From assembly GCF_009914755.1 (NCBI RefSeq), contig NC_060944.1: DNA of 64,000 nucleotides. The stretch is one strand, 5' to 3'. The position numbers and the translations under genes were made by a program. The notes beneath the pieces were generated by a model, which was not told the origin of the DNA, did not search any database, and was given only the letters and a program-made list of their open reading frames with translations. Of this stretch, positions 14,703 to 29,827 are shown piece by piece; the stretch's first letter is position 1, and every line of letters begins with the position of its first letter. Origin of the DNA: the human T2T-CHM13v2.0 reference genome, Homo sapiens.

Positions 14703-16215
14703 CAGCTAATTCCACTACAACTCTTGCTTTGAAAACGCAAATTTGTTCCAACCCAATTAATATATGAAAGGGCAATTTGAGCACAACACGAATTCTGCAT
14801 TTGCTTATGTGTGATTTTGTATGTGAGAAACATTAGTGAAGGAGAAACCTGCACCCAGCAGAACTGAGCCACCTACGAATACATGCAACACACACAGTTC
14901 CAACCCCTACCTGGCCCGTCAGCTCACTGCCTGTGTTCTGAGCCACACCTTTTTCCCCAATTTCAGACAGCTTTCCTTCCACCACTTCACAGTCACTCAC
15001 AGGCTGCAAGTCACTCACAGGCTGCAACTTCCCTGATGCCCACTTCCACAGCAAACTTCAGGTCTTTTTCAAGGTAACATACCATCTGTGTTGAGCATCC
15101 CTTATCCAAAATGCTTGGGACCAGAAGCGTTTCAGATTTCAGATTTTCTTGAATTTCAGAATATTTGCCTATACCTAATACGATATCTTGGGGATGGGAC
15201 CCAAGTCCAAACACAAAATTCATTTATGTTTTATATATATCGTAGGCAATCTTACATAATATTTTAAATAATGTTGTGCATGAACCAAGTTTTTGTATGT
15301 CGAACCATCAGAAAGCAGAGGTGTAATTATCTTAGCCACTTACGTGGACAACTCTGTGCTTGTCTGTCATCACCATAATTCCTGACTCCAAATGTATATG
15401 CTATCGATAAGCAATCATCTTCTTAAGCTTATTCACACATAAGTGCTTAACAGTAAAAAAGAATAAATGATATGTCATTAATACTGTGAAATATTAATGT
15501 GTTCAGGTTAACTGAGCAGCACAGTAGACTCAGCAGATACCTGGATCAGCTGGTGAATGTCAGCAACAAACATCCTGGCTTTCAGTCCTCTCCCTGTGAT
15601 GTTGTGCTTTGATGAAGGGTTCCTATACACCACATTTTATTTTCTTAGGTGAGAACAAACATCAGAAGCAGTTGAGGAACCAGGAAGTGGATCCTCTAGG
15701 GATAAAGAGGCATTCTGCTGGATGGCTTTTAAAAATGTTTCCTCCAGAGTCATCTGCCTCATTAACAATGATTTTTGTCTTAGACGTCTCTGATTTTATA
15801 AATTGACCTGGTTTCCTGTTCTGCTATGAATGCATACTGCTCCAGTCCTTCCATAAGCTCATCACCAATGCTTGCCATGTCATCTACAGGCACTTTTTCT
15901 GCAGTGTTAACAATGTCATCTTCATTGGTGGTATCGTGTTGGCACTCAGTAAGTTTCAGATTCTGGAGCATTTTGGATTTCCGAGGTTCAGGTTAGGAAT
16001 ATTCCACCTGGATGGATGCATTTCTTAGCCATTTCACGTGCATAAAATTGTGCCACCAGTTTTACTAGATTCCCCTCTTTTTTGATGTGTCACTAAGGAA
16101 GTATGAATATGGCCCCTAGCCCCATTTTTTCCATAATCCCTGTGGTTTTCATTTCGTAACTTGACATAGTGTGGTGATTTTTAGGCACCTATATGTCAAG
16201 TCATGGCAGAGCTGT
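14703..16215 (+). mobile_element. Tigger13a-like DNA transposon, interrupted
   Basis: ttgaaaacgcaaatttgttccaac...ctgcacccagc matches the recalled Tigger13a left end; resumes after 16010. Confidence 0.7.
15086..16010 (-). mobile_element. Tigger4/Zombi internally deleted element with transposase remnant
   Basis: Left end gttgagcatcccttatccaaaatgcttgggaccagaag; ORF 15780-15971 (AEKVPVDDM...EGLEQYAFIAEQE) resembles a Jerky/Tigger4 C-terminus. Confidence 0.8.
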
Positions 16216-16379
16216 ATGCACTTTCCCTTGCTGTTTGTTCCATGGTTCCTGTACTGATGGGTCCTTCCCCTCCACCCAGATGCCCTCAGTGACTCCTCTT
16301 TGTTTTCTGAAACCCATGCTGCCTGCTCCCCTGAGCCACACCCGCCTCCACTAGAACATCCCCAGCTGTATATACAATG

Positions 16380-16404
16380 CTCTCTCTCTCTCTCTCTCTC
16401 TCTC
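16380..16404. repeat. (CT)n microsatellite
   Basis: Seen directly. Confidence 0.9.
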
Positions 16405-16654
16405 TTTTATTCATCATGATGTGGCCAAAAGTCAAAAGCTGAGAGTCAGAAAATCTAAGTGTAATTCCTGACCGTACCACTGGCCATTCTATGACTTTGG
16501 ACAAAAAGTTTAAAAGTATTGAGTCTCTATTCCTTTGTGCATATATAAAATGTAAGTACTTACAGCAAAAGTTTACTTGGTGTGAAAAAAAGATATAACA
16601 TAAATAAGGTAATTTGCAACAAATAAAGAGCAAGTTAGTTTAATTTCTTGAGTT

Positions 16655-17530
16655 GCATCCAGAGCCAGATCATCTCAGAGGTACAGTGAGACACATGTTG
16701 TTAGCCAATAGCCCCTGATTAGAAATGCAGTAGAAGCCAGGAGGCCTGGGACACAGTTGGATCCAGAGAATCTCTCCCCTCTTAGACACAATCTCAGCCA
16801 GCAAACTCTTACATGGCATCCAGGAATATCAGAGAGACAGGTGTAGTCAGTAACCCATAGAGATAGAGTGGAATCCAGAGGACCTTCAGAGGAATAGTCC
16901 CAACCCAGACTCTTAGGTAGGGATAGGAGCCTCCAGGGGATACAGAGGCAGGAAGCTCTTAGGGACTAAGGTAGTTCCAGAAACAATTCAGAGATACTGT
17001 CAGAGCCAGGAGGCATTTAAGACATGGTTGGCAACAGAAGCCCCTCGGAGACAATTCTAGAACCAGGAGCCATCAAGAAAATTTTCAAAACCAAGGGTCA
17101 CAGGCCCAGCTCAGGGAGCCTCAGGAACAATGTTAGAATTAGAAACTCATTAAAGATACAACCAAAACCAGAAGCCCCCAAGGACATAGTCTAAATGAAG
17201 CGTTCACGGGGCACAGTGAGAGCCAGGAGCCCTCAGAGACACAACCAGAGCCAGGAGCCCTCAGAGAAACAGAGCCAGGAACCCTCAGAGAAACACGGCC
17301 AGGGCCCCCAGAGACAAAACCAAGAGCCCTCGGAGAAATTATTAGCATTAGAAAGCCTCAGACATACAAATGGCACCAGGAGTTCTGGAAGACACAGAGC
17401 CAGTGTGTCTCATCAGAAACACTATTAGATCCAGGAACCTCCCGTGACCCAGCTAAAGTCAGGAAGTTCTTAGAATCACAGTCAGAGCTAGAAAGCCCCT
17501 AGAAATGCAACCACAGCAAGAAGGTCCTCT
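16655..17530. repeat. Degenerate ~27-28-bp tandem array, consensus ~CAGAGACACAGTCAGAGCCAGGAGCCCT
   Basis: Recurring units such as cagagacacaaccagagccaggagccct, cagagatactgtcagagccaggaggcat, cggagacaattctagaaccaggagccat and cagaaacactattagatccaggaacct. Confidence 0.75.
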
Positions 17531-17628
17531 AAAAAACAAACAAACAAAAAAAACCCCAAGGCCTTGATCCTGTTTATCCACAATAGGAAGCACATTCACA
17601 TTCAAAGAAAATTCGGAATTATCTGTCA

Positions 17629-18034
<406 letters not shown>

Positions 18035-18093
18035 ATTCAAATGATTTACAGAGCAGACTACAAGCACATGACGACAAGGGACAGAATTCTTGA

Positions 18094-18446
<353 letters not shown>

Positions 18447-21400
18447 TGAAAACCCTTTTAAATCCCATTCATGCCCTACTTTAAGGGTTTGCATGTAAGT
18501 ACCTGAATCAGTATTTCTTCAATAGCTATATTCAATGCCTACCTTATCTCCTTCATTTAAAGAAATGAAAGAAAGAAGGCCATGTGAGGAAATGGTTTTC
18601 CCAGAACACAGCAAAGCTGCTGGGTGAATACTCTGTTTTCTAGCCTCAAAGGAAAACCTGCTTTTGCTGAAGTAAAGTTTGGCACAAAACCAGGGGAGCC
18701 TGAGGTCTATAAACATTTCTTACATAGAACACACAGATTGTGAGTGAAGTTCTTTCCAAAAAGTGATATGAGCCTAAGTAGAAAAAGAATGATGGCACAG
18801 CAAGAATTCAGCTTCTGCCTCAACCCCAGCAGGTTTCTTCCAGCAGAGAAAGTCATGGGTCACAGCAGACCCAGCAGGAATGAGGGGTTAAAGGAAAAGT
18901 TGTGCTGAGTTATCGTGCATCTACTCTGTGCTGCCACCTCTCTTCCACTGAGTTCCACGCAGTCAGCTAAGTAGACCAGAGGTTCAGCAGGCTTGGATTG
19001 TAGCCTCTTCCTTGCAATTATTAGCCCATGGCAAAGCTACAAAAATTAACACTTACCTTGTACTTCTTATGTACTTTAAAATCTCACACGTATCATTCAT
19101 GTAATTCTTGGGACAGCATTATCACCTTAACTTTAATGGGGAAAAAAAAAAAAACTGACAACCTAAGAAATCAGGTCACCTAACCAAGGTCATGGAGAAG
19201 GTAGTGTAGGATAAAACTTATATCCGCATGCCTTCCTGGACCAACTTGCACCAAGGAAAGCTGTCTGCCTCTTAATACTCATCTTTAAAAAAATCAAACT
19301 GAATATATTTGTTATTTTTATTTGCAGTAAAAATGGCAGAACAATAAAGAAAATGGAAGAAAGAGAAAATATGAGAAGAAATGGAAGAAAATGGAGAAAA
19401 ATGGAAGAAAGAGAAAATATCTCTAACATCCAACATAGCCATTTTTATTCTTCCATGTCCATTCCAATATTTATGTACTGACACATTTTTTGTGTTGTTA
19501 TAATAACACATAGACCCAATGTAGATTCATTTTTCTTCCTTCACTTATATTGTAAGGATTTTTTTTTTCATATACTGCTTGAGCTTTATCATCATTGTCT
19601 TTAATATTTGCATAACAATCCATCAGGTTATCACACTAACTATTCTCTGATTGCTGGACCCATGAGTTGTTCATGTTTTGCTATGGTAAATAATGCTGCA
19701 ATGAACATCTTTGTGCAAAGACTTCAGTCTGTCTTATCTCATGTTTTCTTAGAACCAACTGCGAGGAATGGGATTATATGTCAAAGGGTATGAACAAGAG
19801 GAAATGAAGAGTAGAACAAGGAAGAGGAGAAAGGGCAGGCACAGAGGAGGCATATGAGGGTAGAATACAATGTGCATTTGTTTGAGAATATTTCACTTAT
19901 AGAGGGCCTCTGGGTTATTCACATGGATAGAAGGCAGGTATACATTTTAGCTTGGAACTCAGGTAAGGGCTTTGAGATAGAGACGCACTAAGCATTTCCC
20001 TTCCAATTAATTACCTAGAAGCAAAGATTCTCTAGAAACAGAATAATTGCTATGAAACAGGGGTGGACAATATTTTCTCAGTGTGACTCGAAGCAAATCT
20101 TAAGGGACAACTCCAGATTGCCTCTATTATAGCCTGCCATTTGGTCAGAGAAGGAAATTAAGCAGATTAGTCAAGCTAGATGCTTTTCTTTACAAAGCCA
20201 TGGAGGTTATTACTCAAGACCTTGTTATCTCAAAGGTGTTTGCAAATTGATTTTTGGATAATTTGTTCCAGGTAGAGAAGCTAGGTTGGCAGGCAGATAA
20301 TTTCTAAGCTCATCCTTTGTGCATGTTAAATATATGGAACCTTTGATTGCCATTATCAACTCTCCAGAGCTCCCATCAGTCTCCAATGAGGCCCCAGGGG
20401 TGATATTTTGCAGCTCTGTGATGACTCTGCCCAATTCCTTAATATAATTATTCACAGACTAGACCTCTACAGAATTAAGAGTTGCAGACTTCAATAGTTT
20501 GGAGGCTGAGTGAGTGGCCCCATTTAGTTCTTTTCCATTGACTTTTCACCATGGTTTTCTGCTCTCCTATTTCAGACAGCAGTATTCAATTGCTGACCAC
20601 CAGAAAGAAAATAAAGTATTAAATCTTTCCAAATGGTTAGCTTCTTTTCATGTATTTCTAATGGCATGTGCAAGTATAGTAACAAACATCCCCTTGAGTA
20701 TATAAATGTCCCTATCTCAAATGACTTGCGACTTCACACATTTGTGTGCAGATTAGCCTCACGGTTATCTCTCTCTCCATCCCCTCAAGAGTAGACCATG
20801 TAAGTTTATCACGGTGTTTCCTCTATCTGGCACCAAGGAAGCCATCAGATTATTGTGTGCTTTATTCTTTCTTTTTTCAGTGATCCATTGATTCATAATT
20901 GGCATTGTTTAGAAGGCACAGGTACTGGTGGTTCAAAGAGAGAGAAGCAAAAATATAGCACAGAATGTTTTTGGTAAGCAGCACATTATTTTAAAAATAC
21001 ATAGACAAACCCTATCTATTTATAGCAGTTCTCTATCTCTAAGATGAACTCTTCAAGAAGACAGTATAGGAAATGTACAGGGCCATCCAGTCCAATGGCT
21101 AGAGTCAGCAGGGAGGAAAAGGAAACCCCTGTGTATCTCATTTGCCAGACAGAGCACTGAGCGCATGAAATTTAATGCAGCCAAGTAAATCAGTGATAAC
21201 AAAGTGTAGTAAAGTCATGATGCGGGTGGCAGAGGCAGTTTTGAAGCCTGTGAAAGGACCCAATCTGGTCTAGAGGTTAGGGAAGCTCTTGCAGAGAGCA
21301 CTTAGGGGAGTGTTCTGCTGGGACCACTCATGTTGAGTCTATGAACAAAGAAAAATTCCTGGGGGTCCCCTAGTTCTCAGTTGCTTGGGCTACACTGGTC

Positions 21401-21659
21401 AACAATTCAAACGATGTGCCCTGGACACTCATTCATTCACTCGTTCTATGAATGTTGAGTCCCTGCTGCTGGTCACACACTGTCCTAGGCACAGACACAA
21501 TCTTGGCTGCATGGAGCTCCCCTTCCAGCCTTCACTCGAGGATTGACAAAGAGAAGTCAGGAGAGAAGGAAGCTGACTCAGAAGCTGTTGAGAAGGAGGG
21601 CATTCGAGAATAGAGAGGCCCTGGGAGCCAGACCTAGGTAAGAGCTTATGGATCCATAA

Positions 21660-22130
21660 AGGGATACACATATACACAATGGAACGCTGCTCAGCAAGAA
21701 ATGAACAAGCTGCAGACACAGACACACACAACAACATGAGTAAATCTCAAAAAAATTCATGCAAAAGAAAAATAAAAGAATGCATGATGACCCCACTTAT
21801 GTGAAAAGTTCAAGAACAAGAAAAACTGCTCTATGGTGATAAAAGCCAGAAGCATAGTGACCTGAGGGGCAGGTACTGACCGGGACAGAGCCTGAGGGAA
21901 GTTTCTGGGATGTTAGAATGTTCTCTATATATTGATTTGGGTAATTAAATAACAGAAATCAAAATAGTGTTACTATAAGGGAGATGACTGCCTGAAAGAA
22001 GGCATAAGAAAAATTTGGGAGGTTATAACCATTTCTGTATCTTAACTGGGGTTATGTAAAACTCATTAAACTGTGAACTTTAAACAGAAGTATTTTTATG
22101 CATATAAGTGATACCTTAAAAGTTAAAAAA
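21660..22130 (+). mobile_element. L1MB/MC 3'UTR fragments
   Basis: acaacatgagtaaatctcaaaa...ctatggtgataaaagccaga...aatgttctctatatattgatttggg. Confidence 0.65.
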
Positions 22131-23090
22131 AACAAAAATATGGATATGTGACTCACTGGATGAAGAGAATGCCACTAATTACCTGAAAGGGAACCTCAGA
22201 AAATTGGGAGAAAATGAGCCTTTACTCCTATACCATTCCCTCTTATCAGCACCATCAGATGCTTGAATTCCTAACAGTTTTTCAAACAAGAGGTTGTTCA
22301 GGCACACACCAGTTTCTTATCCATGAGGCTTTTCACTTCTAACACAACCAATGCCCTCTTAACAGACTCCACACCATCATCTGTGCAAAGCCAGGAGTAA
22401 GTGTTTAACATCTGACAGCACCCTCTGCTCACAAAGTTTGCAACTAAATTAAGGAGGAGGAAGTCTTGCCTTCATGGAGCTGAGGGCTGAGCTGGGAGAT
22501 GACATCAGTGCCTTCCAGCCAGGCATCAAAGCGCTGCGAGGACAAGGATGCCAGGAGCCATCCATGAGACCTGGGCAGCAGCGGCCCTGAGCTTCCAAGG
22601 CTCTCCTTCAACATGTAGATGGTGAAGTGACCCCTTCCTGTAATTCTGCCACATCCTCAGGCATCAATCTCCAGAACAATTCTGTCTTTCTTTTCCCTGC
22701 TGTGAGCACTTGTAACAGTTTGACTCCCTAGAAATTCCTACAGAGAGTAAAAGTGTTTCAAATAGCTGGAGATGGAGCTGTGCGCATGTACTGTCTGCTC
22801 TAGATAGAAATCAAACGTTTTGAGAAAAACCAAACGTTACTAAGACGTGAAGTGAGCCTTGATATGATTAAGGTGAGTGTAACCTAGCCTCCAACACTTT
22901 ACACCACACGTCTCACCCCACCTGATCACCCTTTTAACTGCATTTTCTATTCACTGACCCTCCAGGTCTGTGGGAATGCCTCCACCCACCCAACCCTAGC
23001 CACCAACACAAACACATTCATACACAGACAGAAACACGGTTGTGCCATTCTCATTTCCAGACTTTTGTCTGTGCCATTTTTCCCAACTAG

Positions 23091-23420
<330 letters not shown>

Positions 23421-23913
23421 TTCAATTACTTTTAACTAAACCATGCCTATTTTTCTTTTCAAAACTGCTTCATGACGACTTACTTTCGTGTAGCACAGGG
23501 CTAGGCACAGAGTAGATGTTCAATGCTGATTAAACTTTCTACGATTTATGCGCAACACTGTTTTCATACAATAATGGACTGAGGATCAAAAAGGACTACC
23601 TTGGGGCCAGGGTTCAAGCTTTCCTTGACCTTGGCTTACCACTAGCCAGATGTGTGACTCTACTCAATCTTCATGGTCCTCAAATTTATTTTACCTTGAC
23701 AATGAAAGATTCAAGTCATAAAAGTCCCTAAATTTTCTCTACCAAGGGCCACAGGGATTCTATGTGTACTGAATGACTACCCTAACAGTGAGCAATCGGC
23801 AGTAGCCCAGCCTTCTCATTCTTCCCTGGCTTGGGCTCACAGTCCTTGGACACAACCTAAGTAGATATAGCATCAAATCCTCCAGTAGGTGCCAATCAGA
23901 ATTAGTCTTTGTT

Positions 23914-24237
<324 letters not shown>

Positions 24238-24249
24238 TCAATAAATATC

Positions 24250-25140
24250 TGATGTCTTACTTAAATGGGTAGAAAAAATATTTGATAAGTTTTCCCAAAG
24301 TGAAAGGTTGAGGGTGGCAACAAAGAGATGAAAAAGAACAAGAAGTACGATGTTGTAGAGAATACTGAATGCACCTCTAAGCAAAGGATTGGAAGTATTT
24401 AGAGAGAAGACATCAAACAACTGACAGAAAGCAACAATCAAAGACATATGTAAAGAAAACTTCTCTGAAATACCCAAAGGCCTGAGTTTGCAGACTCTGA
24501 AGAGCACAGTGGGTTCCAGGCAAAATCAATGATGAGACTTCAGCTTAAGTACATACTGGCAATATTTTTGAAATATAAAACTAAAGAAAAATTCCCATAA
24601 GCCTTCAGAAAAAATAACAGATATCTATCAAAACAAAATAAAAAGACTAAAAACTCTGGTTCCAGACTTTATCATTACAGTTTCAAACACTGGGATGTGA
24701 TGAGGAAGAGGATGATGAGAATAATCACAAATAACACCATGGGGCAGCTCCCATGTACTGCACACTTTCAGACACCTCTGACTGCCCTTAGTGTTCTACA
24801 GTATTGATTCATTTAGTCTTCACAGCAACTTTATGGGTGGGTAGATACCCATCCAAAGTCAAACAGTTAGTCATTCAAAATCCAGGACTGAGGCCAAGGC
24901 AACATGCCCGGGGTCTGCACTCCTAACCATTATGATAAAGACAATGGTACATTATGATAAAGACAATGGTATACACAAAAGGTCTTAAGGGGGATGTTTC
25001 CAGTCCCAAGAGTTTTATAGGAGGTTAGTTGTGGTGCATTTTCAAAGCCAGCAGAAAAAATGCTCTCAGTTTCTGAAGAACGCAGAGAAGAAAATGCTAT
25101 GTGCATGCCTTCCCTTAGAGAAAAACTGCTTGAAGATTTA
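24250..25140 (+). mobile_element. HAL1/L1M ORF1-like fragment with an inserted MIR
   Basis: aagaaaacttctctgaaat...ggttccaggcaaaatcaatga, typical of L1 ORF1. Confidence 0.55.
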
Positions 25141-26059
25141 CCCTAGTCCGCCTTGTGATGAATCAAAATCATGACCTCTAGCATAGGGGAATTGTGATAT
25201 AAGAATGATCAGTCCTATGAGATGGTTAGCTACCACAAGACCCTCCTTTCTCAGATGTGAGTCTAGAAGAGGAGCATGATCTTGTGCCAGACTGAAGTGA
25301 ACACATAGCCCAATCTGTAAGAAGGGGCAGAATGGCATGCCTTTCATCCACACAGCATTTAGGGAATGCTTAAAAACAAGCAATTTCATTATGAACGGTT
25401 AACTTTAGCTTCGGCCATCATCCTGAAAAGGGACATCATAAATTCCTATGAAAAAGTCTCTCCTTCACTTTGCTGAACTAAATTCAACAAACAAATCTCA
25501 TCTACCTAAGCTTAAAACATCTAGATTTAAATACATGAAAACGCTGACGTTTTTCTTAGGGTTATGAGAATATAGGTACTATTTTTTCTTTATTCTGTTT
25601 CTTATTTGATTTTTTTACAAATGCCTAGTAAACCTGCATCAGTTGCTTATTATAAATATAAGCATTTGAAATAGGTAAGGTTTTTATATATTTCAAGCTT
25701 TTACATCTGGATGTGACCTCTCTTGCAGTTCTCTGCTCTCAATCACTAGGAGTGTTTAGCAGTCAATCTCCCCTCCTATCTGCCCAGGTAGCAGGAGTCA
25801 AGAACCACGATTACATCCATTTTCCCAGCAAGTTCCTCACCAATAGTTCACTAACAAGGAGACATCCTGGCTACCTCTGGGACCCCCTCAAAGACCTCCA
25901 CTGTGAGTTTTGACACTTGACTTTCAGATAATCCTCTAATCATTGCAACCACACAGTAGTTTACCTGTTTCCTCATTTTTCTCTCCATAGTGACAACACA
26001 AAGCAGACAGTACTACACCCTTATTACAGATGAGGACACCAAGGTTACCTAGAAAGCAG

Positions 26060-26768
<709 letters not shown>

Positions 26769-27889
26769 ATTATGAAAACGAGGGAAAGTTACTTAACCTC
26801 TTTGTGTCTAAACTGCCTCACCTGTAAACTGGGGATATAGTAACATCTTCCTCATGGTAATTGCCATAAAGATTATATAAATTATTATAGTTGATACTTT
26901 AGAACAGTTCCTACACGTAACAAGTAAACTGTCTTTGCTACTAATATCATCATCCTCCCAACCAGCCACCGATGAGCCATTCAGCTGTCAGTGACAGCCT
27001 TAACTGATATTCTTATTTTGTGCCCCCCCAACAGAGAGACAGAAAGATCCCATCAAACGCATTCCCCTTCCTGTGTCAGGATCAAGACAGTCTACAGTCA
27101 TGTCAGTGTGTACTCCTGCCAAAACTCCTACCAGCAAATAAATTTAAGAGCTCAGCCTCAGTCTACTTAACAACATCATGTTGCAACCAGTGAAGTCATT
27201 CAGAAATGCATAATTCAATAACAACTTAGCACCAGATGAAGTTTTATGATCTGCAACACTCTGTCTGCCCCGGCTCCCCCTTATCCCCCAAAACCTCAAC
27301 ATTTTCAAGATTACTCTTTGCTGGGCCACTTCCCAAAATTAAGAGCAGAGTAAACATTCTAGAAGAGCCTTCCTTTCCTTGCCTGCTAATCAGGAGTCCT
27401 CAGAAAGCATGAATCAAGAGTCTGTCACCTCCAAAGGAGGGGCTAGGAGAAGCTGGATTCTAAAGCTTTGGAATCAAAGGCCATGCTTCAGGAGCACCTT
27501 GTTCCAGGGCAGCATGGGTTCACAAATGGGCACCCTTCACTCCCCTCCCCCACCTCAGCCAAGCAGCCCTGCTATGAAGAATGGGGTGAAAGAAACTCTT
27601 GCCTTATCCAGTTTGGATCTTAAGAGTTCCAGAGACAACCACGTCTGTACACCCACAGGATGGTGAGAGCTGTTATTATTACTGTCACGCAGCAAGGACA
27701 AATAACATTCTCATAATGTTCACTGCGTGCCTGGCTCTATTTCGGGATTTACATACAAATTCATTTATTCCTCATATCACACCGGAAAGTAAGTACTATT
27801 CTAGTATGCATTTATAGATGAGGAGACTAAAGGAGTGTGCTAGTATTCAGCTCTGGTCTTTTTGCCTCAAGCCCACCCTGTTACATCAG

Positions 27890-28440
27890 TTATGTAATTC
27901 TGGAGCTGGGACCCCACTAACAACATCTCTAAACTACCTTGCCAGCTGGCTTTGGTCCAGTCCTAGTGATGGGAGACTTCAGATGGAGACTGGGATGCTG
28001 GAAGAAGGAAGAAGATGCTCTCTTTCTGCTTCAAGGTCCTTGTAGCATCATTCCAGCAACAGGGGCTGCTACGCTCCAGGCCTTCATCTTTTCTGGTCTT
28101 TGTAGCACCCATGGCACAGTATCTTTCTGAAGGAACTAATATAACCTAGGCCATGCCCCTTACAGCTGCAGTACAATCTGTGGGGTCTCCCTCCTCAGAG
28201 GTCTCAGAATCAGCCCTGCTGTGCTCCTCCTACAGACTTCTAGGTACCATAACCCCTCCTATTCCATTTTGTTACCCCAGCCCCAGGTGTGGTCACCACT
28301 TCCTGCCATTTTTGGCTACCTTAGCGTCCCACTTTTGCACTGACAGCCTTTCATCACTGTGTAATGGATTCCCTTCAATAAAAACCCTCTGTTTGAAATA
28401 CCTGGTGTGATTTAGGGTTTCCCTCCTGGACTGTGATTTA
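27890..28440 (+). mobile_element. LTR33-like ERVL LTR with AATAAA at 28377-28382
   Basis: ccttgccagctggctt...aataaaaaccctctgtttgaaatacct. Confidence 0.6.
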
Positions 28441-28859
28441 TATCAATAGGTATTATAATTATCTTTATTTTTCACATGAGGAGACCAAGGTACAAATTGC
28501 CCAAGGTCATGTGGCTAATTAGTGAGTGTGCTGGGATACTCAGGCTGTCTTGCTCTAGAGGCCATGATTTTAACTCACACAGTGAGCTGATGCCCCACTG
28601 TTCTCAGCACCCTGGTCAGCGACACAGTGAGGCAGGTACATGAAGGCTGGGAGATATCATATTCTGCCTAACTAACAAGTAATGAGGGCTGACTCTGCTA
28701 TGTTTGGGGATGTGGAGTCAAAGCAAATAACTGTCTCTACCCTGGAGGAGACTAAGAGACTAGGGAAGGATGCAGAAACCAATGAGCTATAGAAGAAAGT
28801 GATACAGGCTGGGAAGTGGCAGGCCCAGAGTCCTGTGGACTCACACAGTTGTGTGGTAT

Positions 28860-29402
28860 TGATACAGACAGAAGACAGGGAAGCACTGGGTAGAAGAGGG
28901 TGGTTCCCCAGTAAGGGCCCCACCCTCAAGCCTGAAGACCCACAGAGCTAAGTCAGCACAGACATTTCTGTTTTCGCACCCAAAAAGTTGCCTTTTGGCC
29001 CACCATACCTCCAATCCTGTCCCCATATAAACCCAAGACCTTAGTGGGCACACATACAAGTGGCTGAACGTTGGAACCAGCAGACCAGTGACAATGGAAC
29101 AATGTGGCAGAGAAAGACAGAAGAGAAAGGATGTCTGGACGCTGAGGGGGGTTCAGCTGGAGGCAGTCAGATAAGAATCTGCCACTGGGCGGCCCAACTC
29201 CAGGGGAAGACCACCTTCCCACTCCATCCTCCCCTTCTGGCTCCCCATCCATCTCACTGAGAGCCACCTCCACGGATAAAACCTCGCACTCATCCTTTGA
29301 GCCCACATGTGATCCAATTCTTCTGGTACAGTGGGCAACTGAAGGAGTGAGCCACACCCGTTTCACATCCTGCAAGGGAGATAAGGGAAATCTCTCATTT
29401 CA
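28860..29402 (+). mobile_element. MER50-like ERV1 solo LTR
   Basis: TGATACAGAC...CATTTCA; 4-bp TSD GTAT; TATAAA at 29026. Confidence 0.85.
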
Positions 29403-29827
29403 GTATCATACACAGAATAGTGGTCCCAAAAGATGCTCAATTCCTAATCCCCAAAACTTACATAGACTCCAAAACTTGTATAGACTCTGAAGCTGTGATT
29501 AAGTTAAGGATCTTGAGTAGGGAGCATATCCTGGATATGTAGTATCCTGGATAAGTGAAGAAGGGAGGCAGGAGAGTCGGAGAGAGCGATTGGAAGATGC
29601 TATGTTCTGGCTGTGAGGGTGGAGAAAGGGACCACTAGGCAGGGAAAGCTGGTGACGTCTAGAATCTACAAAAGGCAAGGGAATGGACTCTTCCCTAGAG
29701 TCAAAGGAACACAGCCCCACTGACCCATTTTAGACTTCTGACCTCCAATGCTATAAGATCATAAATTTGTGTTGTCTTAGACCACTAACTTTGTGATTGG
29801 TTACAGCAGCAATCAAAAACTAATACA
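29403..29827 (+). mobile_element. MLT1C/D solo LTR, with MER50 inserted at its 5' end
   Basis: cagaatagtggtcccaaaagatg...acagcagcaatcaaaaactaataca. Confidence 0.8.

Noticed and set aside
17195-17428. Repetitive ORF (QSQEPSEK repeats)
   Set aside because: By-product of the tandem array; short, with variable unit lengths and stops on both sides.
16655-17530. CRISPR-like reading of the array
   Set aside because: Units are contiguous and degenerate with no unique spacers; eukaryotic intron with no cas genes.
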